From contig OZ024740.1 of the NCBI GenBank assembly GCA_964016885.1, forward strand, positions 33,852,001 to 33,916,000: a stretch of DNA of 64,000 nucleotides. The letters are read 5' to 3'. Under the pieces are notes generated by a model, which saw only the letters and a program-made list of their open reading frames with translations, was not told the origin of the DNA and did not search any database. The DNA comes from Eledone cirrhosa. Taxonomy: Eukaryota. Position numbers and translations under genes: made by a program. This document shows positions 1 through 15,000 of the stretch, piece by piece; the first letter of the stretch is position 1, and each line of letters opens with the position of its first letter.

Positions 1-3000
1 CATCAACCATCTTTACTGCTATCTTCTAACTCTCTCTTATCCTTCAAACATCTTTACTGCTATCTTCCAACTCTCTCTTACCAATAACCGTCTTTACTGC
101 TATCTTCCAACTCTCTCTTACCATCAACCATCTTTACTGCTATCTTCTAACTCTCTCTTACCATCAACCATCTTTACTGCTATCTTCCAACTCTCTCTCT
201 TACCATCAACCATCTTTACTGCTATCTTCTAACTCTCTCTTACCATCAACCATCTTTACTGCTACCTTCCAACTCTCTCTTACCATCAACCATCTTTACT
301 GCTATCTTCCAACTCTCTCTTACCAATAACCATCTTTACTGCTATCTTCCAACTCTCTCTTACCATCAACCATCTTTACTGCTATCTTCCAACTCTCTCT
401 TACCATCAACCATCTTTACTGTTATCTTCTAACTCTCTCTTACCATCAACCATCTTTACTGCTATCTTCTAACTCTCTCTTATCCTTCAAACATCTTTAC
501 TGCTATCTTCCAACTCTCTCTCTTACCATCAACCATCTTTACTGCTATCTTCCAACTGTCTCTTACCATCAACCATCTTTACTGCTACCTTCCAACTTTC
601 TCTTACCATCAACCATCTTTACTGCTATCTTCCAACACTCTCTTACCATCAACCATCTTTACTGCTATCTTCCAACTCTCTCTTACCATCAACCATCTTT
701 ACTGCTATCTTCCAACTGTCTCTTACCATCAACCATCTTTACTGCTATCTTCCAACTCTCTCTTACCATCAACCATCTTTACTGCTATCTTCAAACTCTC
801 TCTTACCATCAACCATCTTTACTGCTATCTTCCAACTGTCTCTAACCATCAACCATCTTTACTGCTATCTTCCAACTCTCTCTTATCATCAACCATCTTT
901 ACTGCTATCTTCCAACTCTCTCTTACCATCAACCATCTTTACTGCTATCTTCCAAATCTCTCTTACCAATAACCATCTTTACTGCTACCTTCCAACTCTC
1001 TCTTACCATCAACCATCTTTACTGCTATCTTCCAACTCTCTCTTACCATCAACCATCTTTACTGCTATCTTCCAACTCTCTCTTACCATCAACCATCTTT
1101 ACTGCTATCTTCCAACTCTCTCTTACCAATAACCATCTTTACTGCTATCTTCTAACTCTCTCTTACCATCAACCATCTTTACTGCTATCTTCCAACTCTC
1201 TCTTACCATCAACCATCTTTACTGCTACCTCCAACTCTCTCTTACCATCAACCATCTTTACTGCTATCTTCCAACTCTCTCTTACCATCAACCATCTTTA
1301 CTGCTACCTTCCAACTCTCTCTTACCATCAACCATCTTTACTGCTATCTTCCAACTCTCTCTTACCATCAACCATCTTTACTGCTACCTTCCAACTCTCT
1401 CTTACCATCAACCATCTTTACTGCTATCTTCCAACTGTCTCTTACCATCAACCATCTTTACTGCTATCTTCCAACTCTCTCTTACCATCAACCATCTTTA
1501 CTGCTATCTTCCAACTGTCTCTAACCATCAACCATCTTTACTGCTATCTTCCAACTCTCTCTTACCATCAACCATCTTTACTGCTATCTTCCAACGCTCT
1601 CTTACCATCAACCATCTTTACTGCTATCTTCCAACTCTCTCTTACCAATAACCATCTTTACTGCTATCTTCTAACTCTCTCTTACCATCAACCATCTTTA
1701 CTGCTATCTTCCAACTCTCTCTTACCAATAACCATCTTTACTGCCATCTTCCAACTCTCTCTTACCATCAACCATCTTTTCTGCTATCTTCCAACTCTGT
1801 CTCTTACCATCAACCCTCTTTACTGCTATCTTCCAACTCTCTCTTACCATCAACCATCTTTACTGCTATCTTCTAACTCTCTCTTACCATCAACCATCTT
1901 TACTGCTATCTTCCAACTCTCTCTCTTACCATCAACCATCTTTACTGCTATCTTCTAACTCTCTCTTACCATCAACCATCTTTACTGCTACCTTCCAACT
2001 CTCTCTTACCATCAACCATCTTTACTGCTACCTTCCAACTCTCTCTTACCATCAACCATCTTTTCTGCTATCTTCCAACTCTCTCTCTTACCATCAACCC
2101 TCTTTACTGCTATCTTCCAACTCTCTCTTACCATCAACCATCTTTACTGCTATCTTCTAACTCTCTCTTACCATCAACCATCTTTACTGCTATCTTCCAA
2201 CTCTCTCTCTTACCATCAACCATCTTTACTGCTATCTTCTAACTCTCTCTTACCATCAACCATCTTTACTGCTATCTTCCAACTCTCTCTTACCATCAAC
2301 CATCTTTACTGCTATCTTCCAACTCTCTCTTACCATCAACCATCTTTACTGTTATCTTCTAACTCTCTCTTACCATCAACCATCTTTACTGCTATCTTCT
2401 AACTCTCTCTTATCCTTCAAACATCTTTACTGCTATCTTCCAACTCTCTCTTACCAATAACCGTCTTTACTGCTATCTTCCAACTCTCTCTTACCATCAA
2501 CCATCTTTACTGCTATCTTCTAACTCTCTCTTACCATCAACCATCTTTACTGCTATCTTCCAACTCTCTCTCTTACCATCAACCATCTTTACTGCTATCT
2601 TCTAACTCTCTCTTACCATCAACCATCTTTACTGCTATCTTCTAACTCTCTCTTACCATCAACCATCTTTACTGCTATCTTCCAACTCTCTCTCTTACCA
2701 TCAACCATCTTTACTGCTATCTTCTAACTCTCTCTTACCATCAACCATCTTTACTGCTATCTTCCAACTCTCTCTTACCATCAACCATCTTTACTGCTAT
2801 CTTCCAACTCTCTCTTACCATCAACCATCTTTACTGTTATCTTCTAACTCTCTCTTACCATCAACCATCTTTACTGCTACCTTCCAACTCTCTCTTACCA
2901 TCAACCATCTTTACTGCTATCTTCTAACTCTCTCTTACCATCAACCATCTTTACTGCTACCTTCCAACTCTCTCTTACCATCAACCATCTTTACTGCTAT

Positions 3001-6000
3001 CTTCCAACTCTCTCTTACCAATAACCATCTTTACTGCTATCTTCCAACTCTCTCTTACCATCAACCATCTTTACTGCTATCTTCCAACTCTCTCTTACCA
3101 TCAACCATCTTTACTGTTATCTTCTAACTCTCTCTTACCATCAACCATCTTTACTGCTATCTTCTAACTCTCTCTTATCCTTCAAACATCTTTACTGCTA
3201 TCTTCCAACTCTCTCTCTTACCATCAACCATCTTTACTGCTATCTTCCAACTGTCTCTTACCATCAACCATCTTTACTGCTACCTTCCAACTTTCTCTTA
3301 CCATCAACCATCTTTACTGCTATCTTCCAACACTCTCTTACCATCAACCATCTTTACTGCTATCTTCCAACTCTCTCTTACCATCAACCATCTTTACTGC
3401 TATCTTCCAACTGTCTCTTACCATCAACCATCTTTACTGCTATCTTCCAACTCTCTCTTACCATCAACCATCTTTACTGCTATCTTCAAACTCTCTCTTA
3501 CCATCAACCATCTTTACTGCTATCTTCCAACTGTCTCTAACCATCAACCATCTTTACTGCTATCTTCCAACTCTCTCTTATCATCAACCATCTTTACTGC
3601 TATCTTCCAACTCTCTCTTACCATCAACCATCTTTACTGCTATCTTCCAACTCTCTCTTACCAATAACCATCTTTACTGCTACCTTCCAACTCTCTCTTA
3701 CCATCAACCATCTTTACTGCTATCTTCCAACTCTCTCTTACCATCAACCATCTTTACTGCTATCTTCCAACTCTCTCTTACCATCAACCATCTTTACTGC
3801 TATCTTCCAACTCTCTCTTACCAATAACCATCTTTACTGCTATCTTCTAACTCTCTCTTACCATCAACCATCTTTACTGCTATCTTCCAACTCTCTCTTA
3901 CCATCAACCATCTTTACTGCTACCTCCAACTCTCTCTTACCATCAACCATCTTTACTGCTATCTTCCAACTCTCTCTTACCATCAACCATCTTTACTGCT
4001 ACCTTCCAACTCTCTCTTACCATCAACCATCTTTACTGCTATCTTCCAACTCTCTCTTACCATCAACCATCTTTACTGCTACCTTCCAACTCTCTCTTAC
4101 CATCAACCATCTTTACTGCTATCTTCCAACTGTCTCTTACCATCAACCATCTTTACTGCTATCTTCCAACTCTCTCTTACCATCAACCATCTTTACTGCT
4201 ATCTTCCAACTGTCTCTAACCATCAACCATCTTTACTGCTATCTTCCAACTCTCTCTTACCATCAACCATCTTTACTGCTATCTTCCAACGCTCTCTTAC
4301 CATCAACCATCTTTACTGCTATCTTCCAACTCTCTCTTACCAATAACCATCTTTACTGCTATCTTCTAACTCTCTCTTACCATCAACCATCTTTACTGCT
4401 ATCTTCCAACTCTCTCTTACCAATAACCATCTTTACTGCCATCTTCCAACTCTCTCTTACCATCAACCATCTTTTCTGCTATCTTCCAACTCTGTCTCTT
4501 ACCATCAACCCTCTTTACTGCTATCTTCCAACTCTCTCTTACCATCAACCATCTTTACTGCTATCTTCTAACTCTCTCTTACCATCAACCATCTTTACTG
4601 CTATCTTCCAACTCTCTCTCTTACCATCAACCATCTTTACTGCTATCTTCTAACTCTCTCTTACCATCAACCATCTTTACTGCTACCTTCCAACTCTCTC
4701 TTACCATCAACCATCTTTACTGCTACCTTCCAACTCTCTCTTACCATCAACCATCTTTTCTGCTATCTTCCAACTCTCTCTCTTACCATCAACCCTCTTT
4801 ACTGCTATCTTCCAACTCTCTCTTACCATCAACCATCTTTACTGCTATCTTCTAACTCTCTCTTACCATCAACCATCTTTACTGCTATCTTCCAACTCTC
4901 TCTCTTACCATCAACCATCTTTACTGCTATCTTCTAACTCTCTCTTACCATCAACCATCTTTACTGCTATCTTCCAACTCTCTCTTACCATCAACCATCT
5001 TTACTGCTATCTTCCAACTCTCTCTTACCATCAACCATCTTTACTGTTATCTTCTAACTCTCTCTTACCATCAACCATCTTTACTGCTATCTTCTAACTC
5101 TCTCTTATCCTTCAAACATCTTTACTGCTATCTTCCAACTCTCTCTTACCAATAACCGTCTTTACTGCTATCTTCCAACTCTCTCTTACCATCAACCATC
5201 TTTACTGCTATCTTCTAACTCTCTCTTACCATCAACCATCTTTACTGCTATCTTCCAACTCTCTCTCTTACCATCAACCATCTTTACTGCTATCTTCTAA
5301 CTCTCTCTTACCATCAACCATCTTTACTGCTACCTTCCAACTCTCTCTTACCATCAACCATCTTTACTGCTATCTTCCAACTCTCTCTTACCAATAACCA
5401 TCTTTACTGCTATCTTCCAACTCTCTCTTACCATCAACCATCTTTACTGCTATCTTCCAACTCTCTCTTACCATCAACCATCTTTACTGTTATCTTCTAA
5501 CTCTCTCTTACCATCAACCATCTTTACTGCTATCTTCTAACTCTCTCTTATCCTTCAAACATCTTTACTGCTATCTTCCAACTCTCTCTCTTACCATCAA
5601 CCATCTTTACTGCTATCTTCCAACTGTCTCTTACCATCAACCATCTTTACTGCTACCTTCCAACTTTCTCTTACCATCAACCATCTTTACTGCTATCTTC
5701 CAACACTCTCTTACCATCAACCATCTTTACTGCTATCTTCCAACTCTCTCTTACCATCAACCATCTTTACTGCTATCTTCCAACTGTCTCTTACCATCAA
5801 CCATCTTTACTGCTATCTTCCAACTCTCTCTTACCATCAACCATCTTTACTGCTATCTTCAAACTCTCTCTTACCATCAACCATCTTTACTGCTATCTTC
5901 CAACTGTCTCTAACCATCAACCATCTTTACTGCTATCTTCCAACTCTCTCTTATCATCAACCATCTTTACTGCTATCTTCCAACTCTCTCTTACCATCAA

Positions 6001-9000
6001 CCATCTTTACTGCTATCTTCCAACTCTCTCTTACCAATAACCATCTTTACTGCTACCTTCCAACTCTCTCTTACCATCAACCATCTTTACTGCTATCTTC
6101 CAACTCTCTCTTACCATCAACCATCTTTACTGCTATCTTCCAACTCTCTCTTACCAATAACCATCTTTACTGCTATCTTCTAACTCTCTCTTACCATCAA
6201 CCATCTTTACTGCTATCTTCTAACTCTCTCTTACCATCAACCATCTTTACTGCTATCTTCCAACTCTCTCTTACCATCAACTATCTTTACTGCCATCTTC
6301 CAACTCTCTCTTACCATCAACCATCTTTACTGCTATCTTCCAACTCTCTCTCTTACCATCAACCATCTTTACTGCTACCTCCAACTCTCTCTTACCATCA
6401 ACCATCTTTACTGCTATCTTCCAACTCTCTCTTACCATCAACCATCTTTACTGCTACCTTCCAACTCTCTCTTACCATCAACCATCTTTACTGCTATCTT
6501 CCAACTCTCTCTTACCATCAACCATCTTTACTGCTACCTTCCAACTCTCTCTTACCATCAACCATCTTTACTGCTATCTTCCAACTGTCTCTTACCATCA
6601 ACCATCTTTACTGCTATCTTCCAACTCTCTCTTACCATCAACCATCTTTACTGCTATCTTCCAACTGTCTCTAACCATCAACCATCTTTACTGCTATCTT
6701 CCAACTCTCTCTTACCATCAACCATCTTTACTGCTATCTTCCAACGCTCTCTTACCATCAACCATCTTTACTGCTATCTTCCAACTCTCTCTTACCAATA
6801 ACCATCTTTACTGCTATCTTCTAACTCTCTCTTACCATCAACCATCTTTACTGCTATCTTCCAACTCTCTCTTACCAATAACCATCTTTACTGCCATCTT
6901 CCAACTCTCTCTTACCATCAACCATCTTTTCTGCTATCTTCCAACTCTCTCTCTTACCATCAACCCTCTTTACTGCTATCTTCCAACTCTCTCTTACCAT
7001 CAACCATCTTTACTGCTATCTTCTAACTCTCTCTTACCATCAACCATCTTTACTGCTATCTTCCAACTCTCTCTCTTACCATCAACCATCTTTACTGCTA
7101 TCTTCTAACTCTCTCTTACCATCAACCATCTTTACTGCTACCTTCCAACTCTCTCTTACCATCAACCATCTTTACTGCTACCTTCCAACTCTCTCTTACC
7201 ATCAACCATCTTTAATGCTATCTTCTAACTCTCTCTTACCATCAACCATCTTTACTGCTATCTTCCAACTCTCTCTTACCAATAACCATCTTTACTGCTA
7301 TCTTCCAACTGTCTCTTACCATCAACCATCTTTACTGCTATCTTCTAACTCTCTCTTACCAATAACCATCTTTACTGCTATCTTCCAACTCTCTCTTACC
7401 ATCAACCATCTTTACTGCTATCTTCCAACTCTCTCTTACCAATAACCATCTTTACTGCTATCTTCCAACTCTCTCTTACCATCAACCATCTTTACTGCTA
7501 TCTTCCAACTCTCTCTTACCATCAACCATCTTTACTGCTATCTTCCAACTCTCTCTTACCATCAACCATCTTTACTGCTATCTTCTAACTCTCTCTTACC
7601 ATCAACCATCTTTACTGCTACCTTCCAACTCTCTCTTACCATCAACCATCTTTACTGCTATCTTCCAACTCTCTCTTACCATCAACCATCTTTACTGCTA
7701 TCTTCCAACTCTCTCTTACCATCAACCATCTTTACTGCTATCTTCCGACTCTCTCTTACCATCAACCATCTTTACTGCTATCTTCCAACTCTCTCTTACC
7801 ATCAACCATCTTTACTGCTATCTTCCAACTCTCTCTTACCATCAACCATCTTTACTGCTATCTTCCAACTCTCTCTTACCATCAACCATCTTTACTGCTA
7901 TCTTCCAACTCTCTCTTACCATCAACCATCTTTACTGCTATCTTCTAACTCTCTCTTATCCTTCAAACATCTTTACTGCTATCTTCCAACTCTCTCTTAC
8001 CAATAACCGTCTTTACTGCTATCTTCTAACTCTCCCTTACCATCAACCATCTTTACTGCTATCTTCCAACTCTCTCTTACCAATAACCATCTTTACTGCC
8101 ATCTTCCAACTCTCTCTTACCATCAACCATCTTTACTGCTATCTTCCAACTCTCTCTTACCATCAACTATCTTTACTGCTATCTTCCAACTCTCTCTTAC
8201 CATCAACCATCTTTACTGCTAACTTCCAACTCTCTCTTACCAATAACCATCTTTACTGCTATCTTCTAACTCTCCCTTACCATCAACCATCTTTACTGCT
8301 ATCTTCCAACTGTCTCTAACCATCAACCATCTTTACTGCTATCTTCCAACTCTCTCTTATCATCAACCATCTTTACTGCTATCTTCCAACTCTCTCTTAC
8401 CATCAACCATCTTTACTGCTATCTTCCAACTCTCTCTTACCAATAACCATCTTTACTGCTACCTTCCAACTCTCTCTTACCATCAACCATCTTTACTGCT
8501 ATCTTCCAACTCTCTCTTACCATCAACCATCTTTACTGCTATCTTCCAACTCTCTCTTACCATCAACCATCTTTACTGCTATCTTCCAACTCTCTCTTAC
8601 CAATAACCATCTTTACTGCTATCTTCTAACTCTCTCTTACCATCAACCATCTTTACTGCTATCTTCCAACTCTCTCTTACCATCAACCATCTTTACTGCT
8701 ACCTCCAACTCTCTCTTACCATCAACCATCTTTACTGCTATCTTCCAACTCTCTCTTACCATCAACCATCTTTACTGCTACCTTCCAACTCTCTCTTACC
8801 ATCAACCATCTTTACTGCTATCTTCCAACTCTCTCTTACCATCAACCATCTTTACTGCTACCTTCCAACTCTCTCTTACCATCAACCATCTTTACTGCTA
8901 TCTTCCAACTGTCTCTTACCATCAACCATCTTTACTGCTATCTTCCAACTCTCTCTTACCATCAACCATCTTTACTGCTATCTTCCAACTGTCTCTAACC

Positions 9001-12000
9001 ATCAACCATCTTTACTGCTATCTTCCAACTCTCTCTTACCATCAACCATCTTTACTGCTATCTTCCAACGCTCTCTTACCATCAACCATCTTTACTGCTA
9101 TCTTCCAACTCTCTCTTACCAATAACCATCTTTACTGCTATCTTCTAACTCTCTCTTACCATCAACCATCTTTACTGCTATCTTCCAACTCTCTCTTACC
9201 AATAACCATCTTTACTGCCATCTTCCAACTCTCTCTTACCATCAACCATCTTTTCTGCTATCTTCCAACTCTGTCTCTTACCATCAACCCTCTTTACTGC
9301 TATCTTCCAACTCTCTCTTACCATCAACCATCTTTACTGCTATCTTCTAACTCTCTCTTACCATCAACCATCTTTACTGCTATCTTCCAACTCTCTCTCT
9401 TACCATCAACCATCTTTACTGCTATCTTCTAACTCTCTCTTACCATCAACCATCTTTACTGCTACCTTCCAACTCTCTCTTACCATCAACCATCTTTACT
9501 GCTACCTTCCAACTCTCTCTTACCATCAACCATCTTTTCTGCTATCTTCCAACTCTCTCTCTTACCATCAACCCTCTTTACTGCTATCTTCCAACTCTCT
9601 CTTACCATCAACCATCTTTACTGCTATCTTCTAACTCTCTCTTACCATCAACCATCTTTACTGCTATCTTCCAACTCTCTCTCTTACCATCAACCATCTT
9701 TACTGCTATCTTCTAACTCTCTCTTACCATCAACCATCTTTACTGCTATCTTCCAACTCTCTCTTACCATCAACCATCTTTACTGCTATCTTCCAACTCT
9801 CTCTTACCATCAACCATCTTTACTGTTATCTTCTAACTCTCTCTTACCATCAACCATCTTTACTGCTATCTTCTAACTCTCTCTTATCCTTCAAACATCT
9901 TTACTGCTATCTTCCAACTCTCTCTTACCAATAACCGTCTTTACTGCTATCTTCCAACTCTCTCTTACCATCAACCATCTTTACTGCTATCTTCTAACTC
10001 TCTCTTACCATCAACCATCTTTACTGCTATCTTCCAACTCTCTCTTACCATCAACCATCTTTACTGCTATCTTCTAACTCTCTCTTACCATCAACCATCT
10101 TTACTGCTACCTTCCAACTCTCTCTTACCATCAACCATCTTTACTGCTATCTTCCAACTCTCTCTTACCATCAACCATCTTTACTGCTATCTTCCAACTC
10201 TCTCTTACCATCAACCATCTTTACTGCTATCTTCCGACTCTCTCTTACCATCAACCATCTTTACTGCTATCTTCCAACTCTCTCTTACCATCAACCATCT
10301 TTACTGCTATCTTCCAACTCTCTCTTACCATCAACCATCTTTACTGCTATCTTCCAACTCTCTCTTACCATCAACCATCTTTACTGTTATCTTCTAACTC
10401 TCTCTTACCATCAACCATCTTTACTGCTATCTTCTAACTCTCTCTTATCCTTCAAACATCTTTACTGCTATCTTCCAACTCTCTCTTACCAATAACCGTC
10501 TTTACTGCTATCTTCCAACTCTCTCTTACCATCAACCATCTTTACTGCTATCTTCTAACTCTCTCTTACCATCAACCATCTTTACTGCTATCTTCCAACT
10601 CTCTCTCTTACCATCAACCATCTTTACTGCTATCTTCTAACTCTCTCTTACCATCAACCATCTTTACTGCTACCTTCCAACTCTCTCTTACCATCAACCA
10701 TCTTTACTGCTATCTTCCAACTCTCTCTTACCAATAACCATCTTTACTGCTATCTTCCAACTCTCTCTTACCATCAACCATCTTTACTGCTATCTTCCAA
10801 CTCTCTCTTACCATCAACCATCTTTACTGTTATCTTCTAACTCTCTCTTACCATCAACCATCTTTACTGCTATCTTCTAACTCTCTCTTATCCTTCAAAC
10901 ATCTTTACTGCTATCTTCCAACTCTCTCTCTTACCATCAACCATCTTTACTGCTATCTTCCAACTGTCTCTTACCATCAACCATCTTTACTGCTACCTTC
11001 CAACTTTCTCTTACCATCAACCATCTTTACTGCTATCTTCCAACACTCTCTTACCATCAACCATCTTTACTGCTATCTTCCAACTCTCTCTTACCATCAA
11101 CCATCTTTACTGCTATCTTCCAACTGTCTCTTACCATCAACCATCTTTACTGCTATCTTCCAACTCTCTCTTACCATCAACCATCTTTACTGCTATCTTC
11201 AAACTCTCTCTTACCATCAACCATCTTTACTGCTATCTTCCAACTGTCTCTAACCATCAACCATCTTTACTGCTATCTTCCAACTCTCTCTTATCATCAA
11301 CCATCTTTACTGCTATCTTCCAACTCTCTCTTACCATCAACCATCTTTACTGCTATCTTCCAAATCTCTCTTACCAATAACCATCTTTACTGCTACCTTC
11401 CAACTCTCTCTTACCATCAACCATCTTTACTGCTATCTTCCAACTCTCTCTTACCATCAACCATCTTTACTGCTATCTTCCAACTCTCTCTTACCATCAA
11501 CCATCTTTACTGCTATCTTCCAACTCTCTCTTACCAATAACCATCTTTACTGCTATCTTCTAACTCTCTCTTACCATCAACCATCTTTACTGCTATCTTC
11601 CAACTCTCTCTTACCATCAACCATCTTTACTGCTACCTCCAACTCTCTCTTACCATCAACCATCTTTACTGCTATCTTCCAACTCTCTCTTACCATCAAC
11701 CATCTTTACTGCTACCTTCCAACTCTCTCTTACCATCAACCATCTTTACTGCTATCTTCCAACTCTCTCTTACCATCAACCATCTTTACTGCTACCTTCC
11801 AACTCTCTCTTACCATCAACCATCTTTACTGCTATCTTCCAACTGTCTCTTACCATCAACCATCTTTACTGCTATCTTCCAACTCTCTCTTACCATCAAC
11901 CATCTTTACTGCTATCTTCCAACTGTCTCTAACCATCAACCATCTTTACTGCTATCTTCCAACTCTCTCTTACCATCAACCATCTTTACTGCTATCTTCC

Positions 12001-15000
12001 AACGCTCTCTTACCATCAACCATCTTTACTGCTATCTTCCAACTCTCTCTTACCAATAACCATCTTTACTGCTATCTTCTAACTCTCTCTTACCATCAAC
12101 CATCTTTACTGCTATCTTCCAACTCTCTCTTACCAATAACCATCTTTACTGCCATCTTCCAACTCTCTCTTACCATCAACCATCTTTTCTGCTATCTTCC
12201 AACTCTGTCTCTTACCATCAACCCTCTTTACTGCTATCTTCCAACTCTCTCTTACCATCAACCATCTTTACTGCTATCTTCTAACTCTCTCTTACCATCA
12301 ACCATCTTTACTGCTATCTTCCAACTCTCTCTCTTACCATCAACCATCTTTACTGCTATCTTCTAACTCTCTCTTACCATCAACCATCTTTACTGCTACC
12401 TTCCAACTCTCTCTTACCATCAACCATCTTTACTGCTACCTTCCAACTCTCTCTTACCATCAACCATCTTTTCTGCTATCTTCCAACTCTCTCTCTTACC
12501 ATCAACCCTCTTTACTGCTATCTTCCAACTCTCTCTTACCATCAACCATCTTTACTGCTATCTTCTAACTCTCTCTTACCATCAACCATCTTTACTGCTA
12601 TCTTCCAACTCTCTCTCTTACCATCAACCATCTTTACTGCTATCTTCTAACTCTCTCTTACCATCAACCATCTTTACTGCTATCTTCCAACTCTCTCTTA
12701 CCATCAACCATCTTTACTGCTATCTTCCAACTCTCTCTTACCATCAACCATCTTTACTGTTATCTTCTAACTCTCTCTTACCATCAACCATCTTTACTGC
12801 TATCTTCTAACTCTCTCTTATCCTTCAAACATCTTTACTGCTATCTTCCAACTCTCTCTTACCAATAACCGTCTTTACTGCTATCTTCCAACTCTCTCTT
12901 ACCATCAACCATCTTTACTGCTATCTTCTAACTCTCTCTTACCATCAACCATCTTTACTGCTATCTTCCAACTCTCTCTCTTACCATCAACCATCTTTAC
13001 TGCTATCTTCTAACTCTCTCTTACCATCAACCATCTTTACTGCTATCTTCTAACTCTCTCTTACCATCAACCATCTTTACTGCTATCTTCCAACTCTCTC
13101 TCTTACCATCAACCATCTTTACTGCTATCTTCTAACTCTCTCTTACCATCAACCATCTTTACTGCTATCTTCCAACTCTCTCTTACCATCAACCATCTTT
13201 ACTGCTATCTTCCAACTCTCTCTTACCATCAACCATCTTTACTGTTATCTTCTAACTCTCTCTTACCATCAACCATCTTTACTGCTACCTTCCAACTCTC
13301 TCTTACCATCAACCATCTTTACTGCTATCTTCTAACTCTCTCTTACCATCAACCATCTTTACTGCTACCTTCCAACTCTCTCTTACCATCAACCATCTTT
13401 ACTGCTATCTTCCAACTCTCTCTTACCAATAACCATCTTTACTGCTATCTTCCAACTCTCTCTTACCATCAACCATCTTTACTGCTATCTTCCAACTCTC
13501 TCTTACCATCAACCATCTTTACTGTTATCTTCTAACTCTCTCTTACCATCAACCATCTTTACTGCTATCTTCTAACTCTCTCTTATCCTTCAAACATCTT
13601 TACTGCTATCTTCCAACTCTCTCTCTTACCATCAACCATCTTTACTGCTATCTTCCAACTGTCTCTTACCATCAACCATCTTTACTGCTACCTTCCAACT
13701 TTCTCTTACCATCAACCATCTTTACTGCTATCTTCCAACACTCTCTTACCATCAACCATCTTTACTGCTATCTTCCAACTCTCTCTTACCATCAACCATC
13801 TTTACTGCTATCTTCCAACTGTCTCTTACCATCAACCATCTTTACTGCTATCTTCCAACTCTCTCTTACCATCAACCATCTTTACTGCTATCTTCAAACT
13901 CTCTCTTACCATCAACCATCTTTACTGCTATCTTCCAACTGTCTCTAACCATCAACCATCTTTACTGCTATCTTCCAACTCTCTCTTATCATCAACCATC
14001 TTTACTGCTATCTTCCAACTCTCTCTTACCATCAACCATCTTTACTGCTATCTTCCAACTCTCTCTTACCAATAACCATCTTTACTGCTACCTTCCAACT
14101 CTCTCTTACCATCAACCATCTTTACTGCTATCTTCCAACTCTCTCTTACCATCAACCATCTTTACTGCTATCTTCCAACTCTCTCTTACCATCAACCATC
14201 TTTACTGCTATCTTCCAACTCTCTCTTACCAATAACCATCTTTACTGCTATCTTCTAACTCTCTCTTACCATCAACCATCTTTACTGCTATCTTCCAACT
14301 CTCTCTTACCATCAACCATCTTTACTGCTACCTCCAACTCTCTCTTACCATCAACCATCTTTACTGCTATCTTCCAACTCTCTCTTACCATCAACCATCT
14401 TTACTGCTACCTTCCAACTCTCTCTTACCATCAACCATCTTTACTGCTATCTTCCAACTCTCTCTTACCATCAACCATCTTTACTGCTACCTTCCAACTC
14501 TCTCTTACCATCAACCATCTTTACTGCTATCTTCCAACTGTCTCTTACCATCAACCATCTTTACTGCTATCTTCCAACTCTCTCTTACCATCAACCATCT
14601 TTACTGCTATCTTCCAACTGTCTCTAACCATCAACCATCTTTACTGCTATCTTCCAACTCTCTCTTACCATCAACCATCTTTACTGCTATCTTCCAACGC
14701 TCTCTTACCATCAACCATCTTTACTGCTATCTTCCAACTCTCTCTTACCAATAACCATCTTTACTGCTATCTTCTAACTCTCTCTTACCATCAACCATCT
14801 TTACTGCTATCTTCCAACTCTCTCTTACCAATAACCATCTTTACTGCCATCTTCCAACTCTCTCTTACCATCAACCATCTTTTCTGCTATCTTCCAACTC
14901 TGTCTCTTACCATCAACCCTCTTTACTGCTATCTTCCAACTCTCTCTTACCATCAACCATCTTTACTGCTATCTTCTAACTCTCTCTTACCATCAACCAT

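Noticed and set aside
20-50. Branch-point-like TTCTAAC plus pyrimidine tract, and U12-like TATCCTT
   Set aside because: No AG acceptor follows, and TATCCTT lacks the required preceding G or A. Chance matches are expected in C/T-rich sequence.
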